Shown one piece after another: positions 1 to 12,329 of a stretch of 64,000 nucleotides of DNA. Source of the stretch: Epiperipatus broadwayi (taxonomy: Eukaryota > Animalia > Onychophora). The first letter of the stretch is position 1. Each line of letters begins with the position of its first letter. The notes under the pieces were generated by a model, which was not told the DNA's origin, did no database searches, and worked only from the letters and a program-made list of their open reading frames with translations. The stretch covers positions 31,992,001-32,056,000 of the forward strand of contig JAQFVV010000001.1 in NCBI GenBank assembly GCA_028023455.1, read 5' to 3'. The translations under genes were made by a program, and so were the position numbers.

Positions 1-402
1 CTGGTTTCTAATGGTTACATATTATCCCATTTAGCTTTAAGCATTATTTCACTTATTATTTAAATAATACATGAGCAATTTAAAAGTATTGCAGTTTGTA
101 ATGTTATAATTGACTATTTATTAGTCTTCATTACACAGACATGTTTATTTCATGTTTAAAGAGGTTTATTTAAACTTCATTGTATCAATATTTTGTTCTC
201 TGTGGTCAAGATGCAATCTTTAAGTATCCATATATATTCATTGGACCATTAATAAAAGTGGATTTCCACTCTTACTATTAAAAAAAAGAGGTTGCCTTGA
301 CAACAGTGAGAAATATTGAATACTATCTATATTGGTATGTTAGGTGGTGGCTGTTTTCTAAGGGTTACATATTATCTCATTTAGCGTTAAGCATTATTTC
401 AC
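1..402 (+). repeat. 52-bp direct repeat pair (1-52 and 351-402)
   Basis: ctggtttctaatggttacatattatcccatttagctttaagcattatttcac vs ctgttttctaagggttacatattatctcatttagcgttaagcattatttcac, 4 mismatches. The first copy may extend beyond the window edge. Confidence 0.85.
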
Positions 403-434
403 AATTACATACATATGAAAAGATAAATAATCTT

Positions 435-477
435 CAATATCCATATTTTGTGCTGAACCAACACTCATCAATTGGTC
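435..477 (-). ncRNA. Degenerate inverted copy of the same hammerhead
   Basis: Minus strand reads gaccaa TTGATGA gtgttg gtt cagcac AAAA tatggat a ttg. It has the same layout as 593-634, with C3U and G12A changes. Confidence 0.65.
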
Positions 478-592
478 TGAATCATCATTTTCCACACATA
501 TAAATAATCAGTACTCAGTTTACATTAAGATAAAAAATCTTCAAACTTTAATGGACAGGCTTCAATCTTGCATGTGAGAGATAATGACTGGA

Positions 593-634
593 CCAACTGA
601 TGAGTGCTGATTCAGCATGAAATACATATATTGG
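593..634 (+). ncRNA. Minimal type I hammerhead ribozyme, intact core
   Basis: Helix I CCAA(593-596)/TTGG(631-634); core CTGATGA 597-603; helix II GTGCTG-att-CAGCAT; GAAA 619-622; short near-palindromic helix III ATA-ca-TAT; predicted AUA cleavage after 630. Confidence 0.75.
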
Positions 635-1099
635 ATATCATTTATCTTTTTGAATGAAGTGGTTGTGTGTTTCAGCTGTATAATATGGAATAGATGACCA
701 AAGGGAGTTTAAAAGTCTGAGTTCAATCCTGCTCTAATTACATCTAGCTTAAAAGTATATTTAATATATTTGTATTTAATATGAAAGATTTATTTTAAAG
801 TAATTGACCTGGCATTATAAAAGTAGTGGACTAAGAAGGCAAAGAATACTATTATCCATAGATAGCATTTTACATCAGTGATTTACTATTGTTTTTTCAT
901 TCTTTAAAAAAATATATTCTAATATCTGGATTATTTAAAGTCATAATAAATTTTAATAAAATCCTTACTTAATTAATATATAAAATATTTATATTTGTTT
1001 TAGGAGCCATTTTTGTAGTATTAAAATATTTCTATTTCTAAGTGATTTTGATATTATAAAACTGATCCTGAAAGTCAAAACTAAATTATTCAAAATAAC

Positions 1100-1270
1100 T
1101 AATTATAATTAAGTAAAAGTTTCTAAAAATTTATGATGGAATTTATACATTAAAATGAAAGAATCAGTAAAATCAAGATATAGTTTTAAAATTGGGGATG
1201 TTAAAATAATTATATTAATAGAGGACAAGTAATGACAGACTACCCCTGGTGGTGATTAAGTAGCATCACT
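1100..1270 (+). mobile_element. Possible BEL/Pao integrase C-terminal remnant
   Basis: Broken frame NL*WNLYIKMKESVKSRYSFKIGDVKIIILIEDK resembles the BEL 'FW..W..EYL..L....(L)KVGDVVLI.ED' region. Judged by eye only. Confidence 0.3.
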
Positions 1271-2713
1271 TTCTTGTAGTATTCTGTTGCTTGGTTTTAG
1301 CTTTTTTTTTTCAGACAGTAAATATAAATGCATACAGAATAAATTGTTCAAAGAGTCATATAAGAAACTACTATTGCCACTGACCAAATGCTATCACTAG
1401 ATCATAATATCTCATTACCTTTTCATGGATCAGAACTCAATCTTTGTCATTTCTAGTGCTTGAACATTTTATGAACTTCTAAACAATAAAGCATTGTTTT
1501 TTATGATAAAAATGTTTAAGATAAATTTTAAAATAACTCTATCTCATGTTAATGACTTAGGCTTTAAATTATATCTTTACAGCATATTATATGCACTCAT
1601 GTAAAATTACATATTTCATGCTTTAAAAATCAAAATTTCACACTTGAGTATTTTTATATAGAGTTTTTATTTATGGTGAATTATATAAAATCAAGATTTT
1701 AAAGCTTTAGCATATCTGATAAATCAGTAACTGAAAAATAGATCCTGTAAATTCCTGGATTGTTTTTTGTTTATATATAACTTTGTAACCTCTATTAACA
1801 TTCAATCATGTATTTAAAATTTATGCTATGGAAAATAATATTTAGATGTTTTTGTAAATATTAAAAGTATACTGGAAATTTCAATTTATTTATCTAGAAA
1901 AATATTGTAAAATTCTAGTTATATTAGTAATATTTATATTTATAAAGTCCATGAAAATCTTTTAATTATTAATTCAATATTTTTGATTTGATAACAGTTC
2001 TGATTAAAATATTGAAATAACAATAATTTAAGATTGTACTTCTCGCACTCTCACTTATTATTATAAGTTAAACAAAATTTAATAATAATAATTATTATTA
2101 TTAATTTTAATATTTTGATATATATTAATACATTTAATTTTATATCAAAACACAATCTTCATTTTAAAAAAAATGAATTAAAGTTTACAGCTTAATTTTT
2201 TCCTTTCATTTTCTGTATTAAAATACATCATTTTTTTTTTGGTGATGAGAGATTTTTCCCTTCTTTTTTTTTCATTTAAGTCCCACAACCTTTAATAATT
2301 TAATTATATATAAATATTTTGTAGTAAGTTTTTTACCAGCTTTTTAAAATATTTATATAATCAAATATTAAAAACAGTAACAACAACAAAATTAGCATTT
2401 AAAATTTTCAATTGATGTTTTTAGGAAAAAATGGAAATCATGAATTTAATAGAGAAATTGAAACAAACTAAAATTGATAAATAAAAACATGATGTTCATG
2501 TAAAGTGTATTAATTTACAAATATTTAATGAACTGTATTCTTTTTTAAACTTATTTTAAAATGTGTATATACTAATGAACATACTGTACTGAGTGTTACT
2601 TTGTCAATGTAAGCGTATTTAAGATCAAATTTTAAAAACATGTATGTATGTAGATTTTAATATATATTAAAATAATAGTTTAAAGATTGTGAATACTTGA
2701 ACATATCCTTAAT

Positions 2714-2775
2714 AATTTTGGTCATATATATATATATATATGAAAATTTTGGTCATATATATATATATATATGAA
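2714..2775. repeat. 31-bp tandem duplication containing (AT)n
   Basis: aattttggtc(at)9gaa occurs twice, head to tail. Confidence 0.9.
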
Positions 2776-3013
2776 ATTTGAACACAGTCATTCAAGCTTC
2801 CTTCAGCTATTCACTATATCTCATACAACACATGTGAAAAAGTTAAATTAAAATATTATTAATTTGTTGTAGCATATGTAATAAATTTAACTTACTAATG
2901 GCACTGCTTTTGACTATTACAAGTATAATTAACTAAAATTGTATTTATAGTAATTATACTTCCGTAAAAAAATTCTACAAAGCCCTAATATAAGCACCGG
3001 CAGTAAAGGTTGG

Positions 3014-3023
3014 TATATATATA

Positions 3024-3110
<87 letters not shown>
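3014..3110. repeat. Interrupted (AT)n microsatellite
   Basis: Visible directly in the sequence. Confidence 0.95.
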
Positions 3111-3113
<3 letters not shown>

Positions 3114-3120
3114 ATTTTCT

Positions 3121-3475
3121 AAGCTTAAGTGATTCACTTAAACTTTTAAAATACTTACTGGTGGGTGAGAGTGTTGAGATTTATAATAGTTATGAAATGA
3201 TGCATGATCAAAGATTTTTTTTTTCTGCACAATTACAGATTTTCAGTGCTTAATAATAGTAGATTTACATTTCTTTGTAATTAATATGCATCTAAGTGGT
3301 TAAAAATGAACCTCTGTCTTTCTCCTATAATAGGTTAATTAAATTTGTACAATTCAATTGTATATATGAATATATATACATATGAATATGTTCTAAACTT
3401 AGGTGATTCACGTAAGTTTTTAAAACTCTTACTGATGGGTGAGTGTGCAGAGATTTACAATAGTTATAAAACAAT
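3121..3475 (+). repeat. Diverged direct repeat of about 75 bp (3121-3197 and 3396-3475)
   Basis: aagcttaagtgattcacttaaacttttaaaatacttactggtgggtgagagtgttgagatttataatagttatgaa vs aaacttaggtgattcacgtaagtttttaaaactcttactgatgggtgagtgtgcagagatttacaatagttataaa. Confidence 0.75.
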
Positions 3476-5639
3476 ATATATATATAATATTTGTGTTAAA
3501 ATAAATCAACAACTTTATTTTTTATATTAACTACTAAAATTAAATAAATGTTAAACTGGTAAAAAAAATGTGTTTTTCATTTTTAAAAAGTTAATTTCTA
3601 AAAAAATAAATAGGGTATTAATAGAACTCAAAAAAGGAGGCAAATTTTATAGAACTAAACTTATTTGAGATTTCTTCTTATAAAAATTCAGCTCTAGTAA
3701 AAATATAATCAAACATAAGTCAAGATGTGGTAATAGAAGATTTCTGAAAATTATATTGCATTTATAATATTTTATGAATAGATTAGAGACAATCAAATAA
3801 GTATAGAATAAAAAAGATAAATTCTTGAAAAAACAATTAAATAATTAATATAAATTTTAATAAACAGTAGGTTATTGAATATTTAAATAATTATTGTGAA
3901 ATTTATTTATAAATTTCTATTTTATAAATATTCCCTAATCAATCATATGATTTGATTGAAAATCAAAAAACAATTGCTGAAATTTGATATAGAAAGCAAC
4001 TACTTTTAAAAAATAATATTAAATTTTTTAAACTAATATATTAAGAATAGGACCTACTCTCATTTTAACCTTGGAACATGCTAATCTAAGATCTATCTAG
4101 TAATCTCTTCATTTAAGTGCTCATATAAGATTAATTTCTTTTATATATTGAATCAAATTATGATTTATAAAATGTTATTGATATAAATTGTAATCATACA
4201 TTATTTTTACAATGATTAATCCATTTAAACAAAGTGTTTTTAATAGTTGTATATATATATTGGACTATTTTCATCATCTATTATAAGTATTGAATGTCAT
4301 TAGAAAAATTTAAGTTTATTTAAATATTCCAAATACATTCAACTGTTAACAATAAGCACACAGGTTAGTATATGCACAATGTTTTGAGAGTTATTATTCT
4401 CCCCTCTTCTTCAGGTATTCTTGGCCTGAGCAGTGACAGCATTAACCTGGAATTGAACCTGAATTGTTAGATTCTTCAGTATTGAATTTTAAGATAATGT
4501 TCTAACTAACTAAGCATCCTACCAAAGGCAAAGACAACAGTCAGTAGAAATTTTGTATACTTGTCCAAGAGGTTCTTCCTGATTTCTCCACTTTTCCTAA
4601 GAGCAAAGTTTATTATTGCTTTTCATATAATACGCATAGTCACACTAAGTTGACTTATGGAATTGTTTGCCATTGTCATGTAAGAAGCTTTTTTAAATTT
4701 TCTTCTTTGTACATTTTCTTCTCATGCTTGTAATAATGTTATGAAAAATTCAATAACAGCAAATATTATTATTGTAAACAATTTAGATTATAATTTATTG
4801 CTCTTATTAATGTATTCATTAAAATCTCTGGGAAAAAAATATTTTGATACAACAACTCTGAATAACAAGAAAATAAAAGCTTTCTGGATTTAATGATGAA
4901 GCATTAACATTGATAAAATAAATTAGCACATGCTCTACTGCACAAAATAATTTTTAATATCATTATCCTTTCATTGATATATCTTGAAATTTCAAAATAT
5001 TAAGCTAAATCTGATAATGAATCCAATATTATGCAATCTTCTTTCACTCATTTAATTTATCTTACAGAACACTTATAACTGTGTACTTGTTAAATTACAT
5101 TTTCCTATTCTAAAAAAAGAAATTTGCTAAGAACACTATATCAATCTAAAATTGGATAACTTCTTAGTTTCAAATTCTGAACTATTATTATGATTACTTA
5201 TATCAAACTAGTCAGATTTTATAGTTCTGTTATACTACATTTTTATTGAGTAAAATGTGTTCCAAAATGTTGCCTAATATAAAGTCACAAACAAAATCTT
5301 CTGGTTTGTTAAACCCATCCTCATCATTGCACATGAAGAAGAGAAGACTATTTATATCAGAAACATTGATGACTTTTTGATGATCTAATATCCTATCATC
5401 CAGAGTAATAGAAGATATTGCTGATCGATATTATTTATAGATTATTCACAATTAATTTTTATATCTGAAGGTCATTGTGTTATTTACTAACCATAGATTC
5501 TATTGGCAGTCAAATTTTATCACTTAGCAATACATCCTTAAAAAACTTTATAAATAATATTTAATAAATAATAATTCTGTAACTTAATTTTTAGGTACAG
5601 CACTTTTATGCACCAATTTTAATACCTTGTGGAAGGATG

Positions 5640-5859
5640 TAATCATAAACTATGACCAAAGACGTGAAAAAAAAATATGCTGAACTATTACTCATAAATA
5701 ATCCCAGATCACATTCTTTTACATATATCTTTATCATTGTTTATTATATATAGATAAGGAATTACTGCAGTTTAATTAATAAGTTGCCAAACTGTTTGCC
5801 CTCGCAACTTTAACGCAAACCACGTCTTTTTACATGTCTTTTATCATAGTTTATGATTA
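5640..5859. mobile_element. MITE-like element with TIRs and TA termini (Tc1/mariner-type)
   Basis: taatcataaactatgaccaaagacgtg (5640-5666) is the inverted repeat of 5833-5859, with 3 mismatches in 27 bp. TA lies at both ends. Confidence 0.6.
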
Positions 5860-6949
5860 GGATCTCTCTCCAATATGTTCAAAATGGATAGAAACCAGTC
5901 CTATCTTGTGTGAAAGTGGTGTACTGGTAATTATACTTAAGAAATATTATTCATTAAATGGATGATCTCTAGTCTAATGAATGACTAATAAAAATTATTT
6001 ATAAATAATATGTTTAGTTTTACAAGCGACTATAAATAGTAAACACTTTTATAGAAAGTATATTGTAGCTCGCTAGGAAAAAATCATTTATAAAATATTG
6101 TAATTATATAAATATTCGTTTGATTACAGTTTTTATAAGAGCAATTTTCGTAAATGCTAATTTTAAAATTAGCAATATTGCAATTAAACTTCTTATATTT
6201 ATGCTGCAAATAGATAAATGTTTTTAACATAAATTTGAAATAAAATTGACTTTGTAGAATGTTTTTTTAAGTTTATAAATAAATACACAACTACATTGAA
6301 GTTTTCAATTTGTTAGATAATTTAAAGTAATCAATTTCTTTACTATCCAAAAAAAAAAAAAAAAAAACTGAATTTGCTCTGAGTCGGCCGATAAGCGGGA
6401 AATGGTTGTATCAATTTTCAATTGAGAAATATCAGATTGGTTAATTGAATAAAATTAAAGCGCTCTATTAATCAGTTTGAGGTTTAAACACCACTTATCC
6501 TATCAATTATTAGATAACTAGCAAGGCTGATTAAGGGATGCAAAATCTTCCAAAATTTAGATTTAGTTCACCTTTCTGAACTTACTTCAATATAATTTAA
6601 ATATGGAATCATTGAATAGAGGCATATGTGTGAATTAATATATATATATATATATTATTTTTATAATATAAAGTATTAACTCATTTTAGAAGATTTTAAT
6701 ATCAATAGTACAATGATTTGATACATAATTCAATCTTGAGTCATAAACAAAATTAAATGAAAAAAATGTTTTTATTTAATTTGAAAATCAAATTATATAA
6801 CTTATTTGATCTAAACAGCTAATTGATCTACAAGTTTGAACAACATGCAATATATAGTGACAAAATATGATTTTTTTAATTATTATTTTTAAAAACTAAA
6901 TAAAATTATAACATTTTTATTAATGTATTAGAATTTATTGAAAACAGAT

Positions 6950-7340
6950 GATATCCTTAATGAACAACCCCCAGTTATGATTCTGTTTGAAAAATAATCT
7001 TCTGAGAGTTTATAAAATTCTTCAGTGCAGAAAAAACATTAATTTACTTGTTACAATGTCTTTCCATTAAAATACCATAAAACCACCCTTCCTTATTCTT
7101 GCATAAGTTTTTAAATCAGTAGTAACTCTCTTCATACAGCAGGACCATTTAGTGTAAGCTATAATAATCAATAAATTTCTGAAGGTTTGTGCATTTAAAT
7201 CTCTATATAATGCCTTTGTTGAAAAACTTTTTTTACAAATCTTCTAAATACCCAATTGAATATTGTCATGAGAAAAATAATTGGCATACTCAAGTCTATT
7301 ATTTTTTGCTGTGACTACTAGTTTGCTCATATATTTTGCA
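6950..7340 (-). mobile_element. Possible Tc1/Tc3-like transposase remnant
   Basis: Fragments in order: NRLEYANYF, LNGPA, RKGGFMVF*W, IIFQTES. These loosely match the Tc3-type motifs RL..A, LDGPDG, GGG.VMVWG and FQQDN. Many stops and frameshifts. Confidence 0.3.
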
Positions 7341-7386
7341 ATTGGATCTCAAAAAAGAAAGATATATATATATTGTAACGTTTATT

Positions 7387-7387
<1 letters not shown>

Positions 7388-7447
<60 letters not shown>
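7388..7447. repeat. Compound (TA)n-(GA)n microsatellite
   Basis: Visible directly in the sequence. Confidence 0.95.
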
Positions 7448-7449
<2 letters not shown>

Positions 7450-7499
7450 ATTAAGCAGATTGGCTTACCATTAAGTCATGATATAATTTTTATGACTTA

Positions 7500-7720
7500 A
7501 GAGCCATCTCAAATCAAAATCTCCTTTCTAAATGAATGCTGAAGAATGTACAACTGAATAATTGTGGCATTAAAAATAGGCTTCTTATAAAATTCCAAAC
7601 AATTTTTTTTTCCAGATATCTAACAATAAAAATCATCTGCATTATTTGATTTTTCAACATGTTAGAATTCTCATCAGCAGATTCAGGACAATCCATGGTT
7701 GATGTGCTTATTCTATTTTA
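7500..7720 (-). mobile_element. Possible piggyBac transposase C-terminal remnant
   Basis: MDCPESADENSNM resembles 'CP.AI..YN..MGGVD'. EFYKKPIFNATIIQLYIL resembles 'KWYKKLFF..LD.AI.NSYIL'. The two lie in different frames. Confidence 0.3.
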
Positions 7721-7892
7721 TATATGGAATTTAACAACCAGTAATTTATGTAAATATGGAGAAACACAAATCATAAAACACATAGCTAATGACTGTCAAA
7801 TTTATAGTTAGAGTAGCAGAATTGAAGGACATAATAAAACCACCTGTTCCTGGCTGGAACTTTTAAATTAATTGATTTTTATTTTTATATTC

Positions 7893-8015
7893 AAATCATA
7901 ATGTAGTCAAGTGTTGGTAGCCTTGTGGTTAGCATAGCTGCCTTCCAAGCAGTTGGCCTGAGTTCGCTTCCCAGTCAATGCTTTGACATATGAAAAAAAA
8001 AAAAATCATAATGTA
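7893..8015 (+). mobile_element. tRNA-Gly(TCC)-derived short retroposon (SINE or retro-pseudogene) with poly(A) and TSD
   Basis: 7911-7981 matches eukaryotic tRNA-Gly-TCC (anticodon arm GCTGC-CTTCCAA-GCAGT) but has a T-stem mismatch. Leader gtcaa; tail tttgacatatg plus A13; aaatcataatgta duplicated at 7893-7905 and 8003-8015. Confidence 0.88.
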
Positions 8016-9729
8016 TGATCTGATTAATAAAATATAAAAAGGCATATCCCGTCATGAGAATTTATATTTATAAATATAAATATCATTAAAAGTAAATTAA
8101 GAATAATTCATAACAGCTATTTAAATCTATGCTGATTAATACTTTTAAAAACTAAGTAAAGTAAATCACATTATACATCATTTATTTTAATAAACAATAT
8201 TTACTTATATTATAACTTGAAGATTTTAATATTTCAATCCTAACAATTTTTTTTACATTTTGAGGACAGATTATTTGTGAGAAAAATAATCTATAATATG
8301 ACAGTAATGACAATAATACTTTTGATTAGAAACAATGTTGAAGTATTTTATTTATAACTTTAATTATCTAATAGCTAATGAATCAGAATAATTATTATTC
8401 TAAATATAATTTACGAAAAAAAGAGGGGGGAGGATAATATGATTTGTTAGTTATATGCTTTGTTTTTTAAGTTAATTTGTTTAAATGACATATAATTATT
8501 TGATAAGTAAAACGAAATGACTTAATTCTACTATGCTACTCATAAGATGGCATGACATTATTTGTAAATGGCCAGAGAAAGATAAAAGCAAATTTTACAA
8601 TTATTTATTTTATCATGGGAACATTATAAAGTTGAATCTTGATTTTCAGCTTGTTTAGTACAACTAATTAAAATTTTATTACCTAAATTATTTGATTTGA
8701 ATTTAAGGAGTGTTAGAAAAACTAATTAGGATTATTCAGTCAAAATCCTGTTGAGTCTAGAAGTCAATAAAATCTTTCAAATTGTGGACAGACTTAATCA
8801 TTATTTAAAATTTGTTGAATCATCGTAATTGATTACACTTGGTAGTCTGGGCTTTTAATAAATTGGTAACTTCATTTAAATAATAATATATGTATCCTAT
8901 GGGGAAAAATAAAACATTGGTTAACACAAAAAGACATGTTTACGTCATGAGAAGCTTTATTTTCACCATAAAACATATTTATACTTTATACATTTAATTT
9001 TTATTTTGTTGCAATAGAATATTTTGAAAATTATATATAATTGAAAATTTAAAAACCTTAAAAAATATTCTGTAGTAAATAGACCTAAAAATAATTACAA
9101 AAAACAAATGAAAATATGCCAAATAATGGTTTTTAAAATGCCTTTTATCTATAAAAAAAATTGTATAAACCTAAAAGTATAATTATTTTTATCTAAAATT
9201 AAGATGCTTGTTATAAATTTTAATTTTAATAAATATGTAAAGAAAGTGTCGATTGTCTTTATTATTTGCTTAAGTATCATTTTACTCAAATATTTAAAAC
9301 AAGTATTTATCTATTAACAAACTGTCAATAAAATAAAAAATATATTATAATCAATGTTTATTTATTTATTTTTATATTTAACAGATTAAAAACCCATCAC
9401 CACCTAGCAATTTAGCTGTTATCGCGTTTATTCATTACCGTACATACAATTCATCAAAAATATTTATACTAATTTTTCAATTTTCATGACACATTGTTTT
9501 TAATTTATTATGATTTTTTTTTCATTCATTATTAAAAGTTATTATATACTTTTTTTTATTCTAAAAAAATATTATCAATTTAAATGTCAAATTTACAACT
9601 TCTGTACACAAATGAAAAATAATCAAATTTTATGAGTTAAGAAAAACCATTAAGAAACGAAAGCTGTAAATTAACTTTATAAATGATACATGACGTGAAA
9701 TGTTGAAAACTTAGGGGAATTTAACATGA

Positions 9730-10130
9730 TTGATAAATGAAGTGTGGAAGACATATTGTTGTGTCATTGACTTCCTCAAGTTTAACTCCTTAGATGAAAA
9801 AAATTTCAAACTATTGATGATATTACACATAATTTTTGCTCAACTTTATCCTAAAATTTTGAATCTCAAGTTCAATAGAAAGAAAAAGTTTAATAGCCAA
9901 TCAGATCAAAAGATAACAGTAGTTGTTTATACAGTGCTTATTGATTTAGTAAAAGTCTATAATAGAGTTTAGAAATAAAATGAAGAAAGTTTTGAAATGA
10001 CATATTATTAGGAACTGACTTTGAAAAAGTGTAAAAGACTTTGATAATGATGATAAATTATGGGTTAAAGTTGATAGACAGAAAACACATATGCAGCTAT
10101 ATAGAAATAATCTTCATCATTCTTTACAGA
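9730..10130 (+). mobile_element. Decayed non-LTR reverse transcriptase fragment
   Basis: KTYCCVIDFLKFNSL resembles the RT motif 'Y..FIDF.KAFDSV'. The downstream sequence is purine-rich and coding-like but broken. Confidence 0.45.
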
Positions 10131-11079
10131 AAATATATAAAAAAAATCTTTTTTATAAACAATCAACATAAAACATTGCCTAAAAATTATAATAAACAAT
10201 ATATATAATGTGAATGATTTAAATAAAAATGTTTGGAAGCGAAATCTTTCTTTCTTTTTTTTTTTTTTTTTGAAACATAAATCATGAACACTAAACTTTT
10301 ATTGATTGTTATGTATTTATTACTCTAGAGAGCAATTTTGATGAAGTATGTAAAATTTTAATAGGAACATATCTAAATTTTAAAGCTTGAATTTATTATT
10401 TCATTTAAATACCAGTTTAAAATGTCAGTGTTTTTCTATTGCTTTTGAATTATTAGCTCAATATTTGATTTCTAAAAATATAATCTTTCATTCAAATTCA
10501 AGTTAGCTTTTAAAATCATTAAAATATATTTTAATATGTATGTGTATATGTGATGAAGAAGATTTGATTATATAATATGTATGCACAAACTGATGTTGAA
10601 CAAACTTTATTTTAGTATTGATGCTCCAAACTATGGCAAATCGTGAAGAATTTTAATTAATATTTGGGGTGCAAAAAAAAATGGATAAGCAAATTCTCAG
10701 AAAAAACTGAATATTTGTCTGAAATACAACAAAATAGGTTGGCTTGTCTTATTTGCTTTATTAAAAAAGCTTTACGCTAGAAAGATTGAGAGAGAGGGGG
10801 GAAAAACGAAGTTAATAAGCAATAACATAAATAGTCTTTATTCTCTCAAGAAGCTTTATTCTGGGTAAATATTATTTATTTCAGTGAGTTGGTGTCAACT
10901 TTACTTTAGTTCAATGTAACTGCTACATGAATTCAAAGTACAAAATGACCAGAAAAAAATATTAAAAATTACTGATAATATACTTCTTTATTTATTGAAC
11001 TGCATATACTATATACTTTTAGTGCACATGCATGTTAGTTAAGTTGTGAAGAACAATGTCAGAAAAATTATTTATTGCA

Positions 11080-12050
11080 ATATTGTAAGGTAAAGGTGAA
11101 ATATAAAATTAAATGTATGAAAAAAAAGAAATGCTCAATGAAATGACAGACCCATTATAGATTAATTTAGAAGAAGTAGATAAAGAAATAAAGAAATTAT
11201 CCAAATGATAAAATTATAGCAGGTAATTGGGAAAATGCCATTGAAATATTTATATTTAAGAAAAATAAAAAATATTAAAAAATGAAGACTTTTGGAATCA
11301 ATCTAACCCAAAAAAAAAATCAAAGATTATGAGTTACTGTTTTGATTGGATTTGTACTTTATTAAAAAACATTTAAATTAAAAGTGGTGTTTGTGGAGTT
11401 TAAAGCATTTAAAAATCAACAAGATAGGAACTCGTAATTCTGTTAAGTTCTGAAGAACATTTAGGAAAAGATGATAGAAATGATTGAATTTGATGATGGC
11501 ATAAAAAAATTAACAGTAGTGACAATATTTCATGAGAATAATTCTCTCTCTTTAAATCTTTCTTACATCAGATTTATACAAAGATTTTATACATTAAATG
11601 GGAAATCTTATACAGAAAATACTTAAACCATTTTAATTATACAGATAATGCATCTATTTTAATAAATATAGGAAATATTACAAAAGCTATAAAGTCAAAA
11701 CATAGAACTAAAGTAATGTTCAATAGTTTCTCAAAAAAATAAGAATAAAAACTATTAGAAATGCTTCAAGGAACTTAAAAATAATAAAATTAATAATGTA
11801 GCATGTTGTGGGAAAAATTAATTTATGGAATTAAAGTTTGTAAAATTAATAATGTAGCATGTTGTGGAAAAAATTAATTTATGGAATTAAAGTTTGATAA
11901 AGTACTTCTAGCAATAATATGCTTGAAAAGAAAAAAAAATTAATAAGTATATAATTCTAGTACTTAAAACAGATCTGAAATTTGAGCTCTTAATAAGAGA
12001 GCATTGAAGAAATTGCAGGCAATATAACTAAGAATAGAAAATGCATACTA
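11080..12050 (+). mobile_element. Heavily decayed RTE-like LINE RT region
   Basis: Fragments LEEVDKEIK, WENAIEIFIFKK (cf. WKNAVIILIFKKG) and MIEFDD (cf. FADD) occur in the expected order. Confidence 0.5.
11785..11896. repeat. 56-bp tandem duplication
   Basis: taaaattaataatgtagcatgttgtgg(g/a)aaaaattaatttatggaattaaagtttg occurs twice, with 1 mismatch. Confidence 0.95.
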
Positions 12051-12329
12051 AAAATAGCAATAAAAGATCAAAAGCAAAATACATAAATGAGAAAGTAAAT
12101 AATTATCACTGACATTATTAGAAAAGTAAATAAGTGCATATCAATAAGTATTGGAGTGGGCTTGTTTTAAAACTAAATCAAAAAGATTGAACAAGATCAC
12201 TTTAGAAATAAATATATGACATAAGAAAAGTTTCTACAGTAATGCTGGGATGAAAAGCTATAGCTAGATAATTTGAGCTAAACTCAATGAGACTTTTATC
12301 TTGCAATCAAGTGGTAATGAATGAAAATA

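Noticed and set aside
4370-4420. Minus-strand CTGAAGA-GAGGG...CTCTC-AAAA hammerhead-like string
   Set aside because: The cleavage position is G, helix I is absent and G12 is missing; not supportable.
4414-4525. tRNA B-box-like SINE heads at 4414-4525 (-), 17880-18000 (-) and about 715-735 (+)
   Set aside because: Only GGTTCAATTCC-like strings and a short shared ctcaggcc; not enough alignment to define a family.
7640-7680. Minus-strand CTGATGA...GAAA resembling a hammerhead
   Set aside because: No helix II between the core motifs and no helix I or III; it lies in a transposase-like remnant, so it is a chance match.
7911-7982. Functional tRNA-Gly genes at 7911 and 57054
   Set aside because: T-stem mismatches, an altered T-loop, and poly(A) plus TSD on one copy indicate retroposed or pseudo copies.
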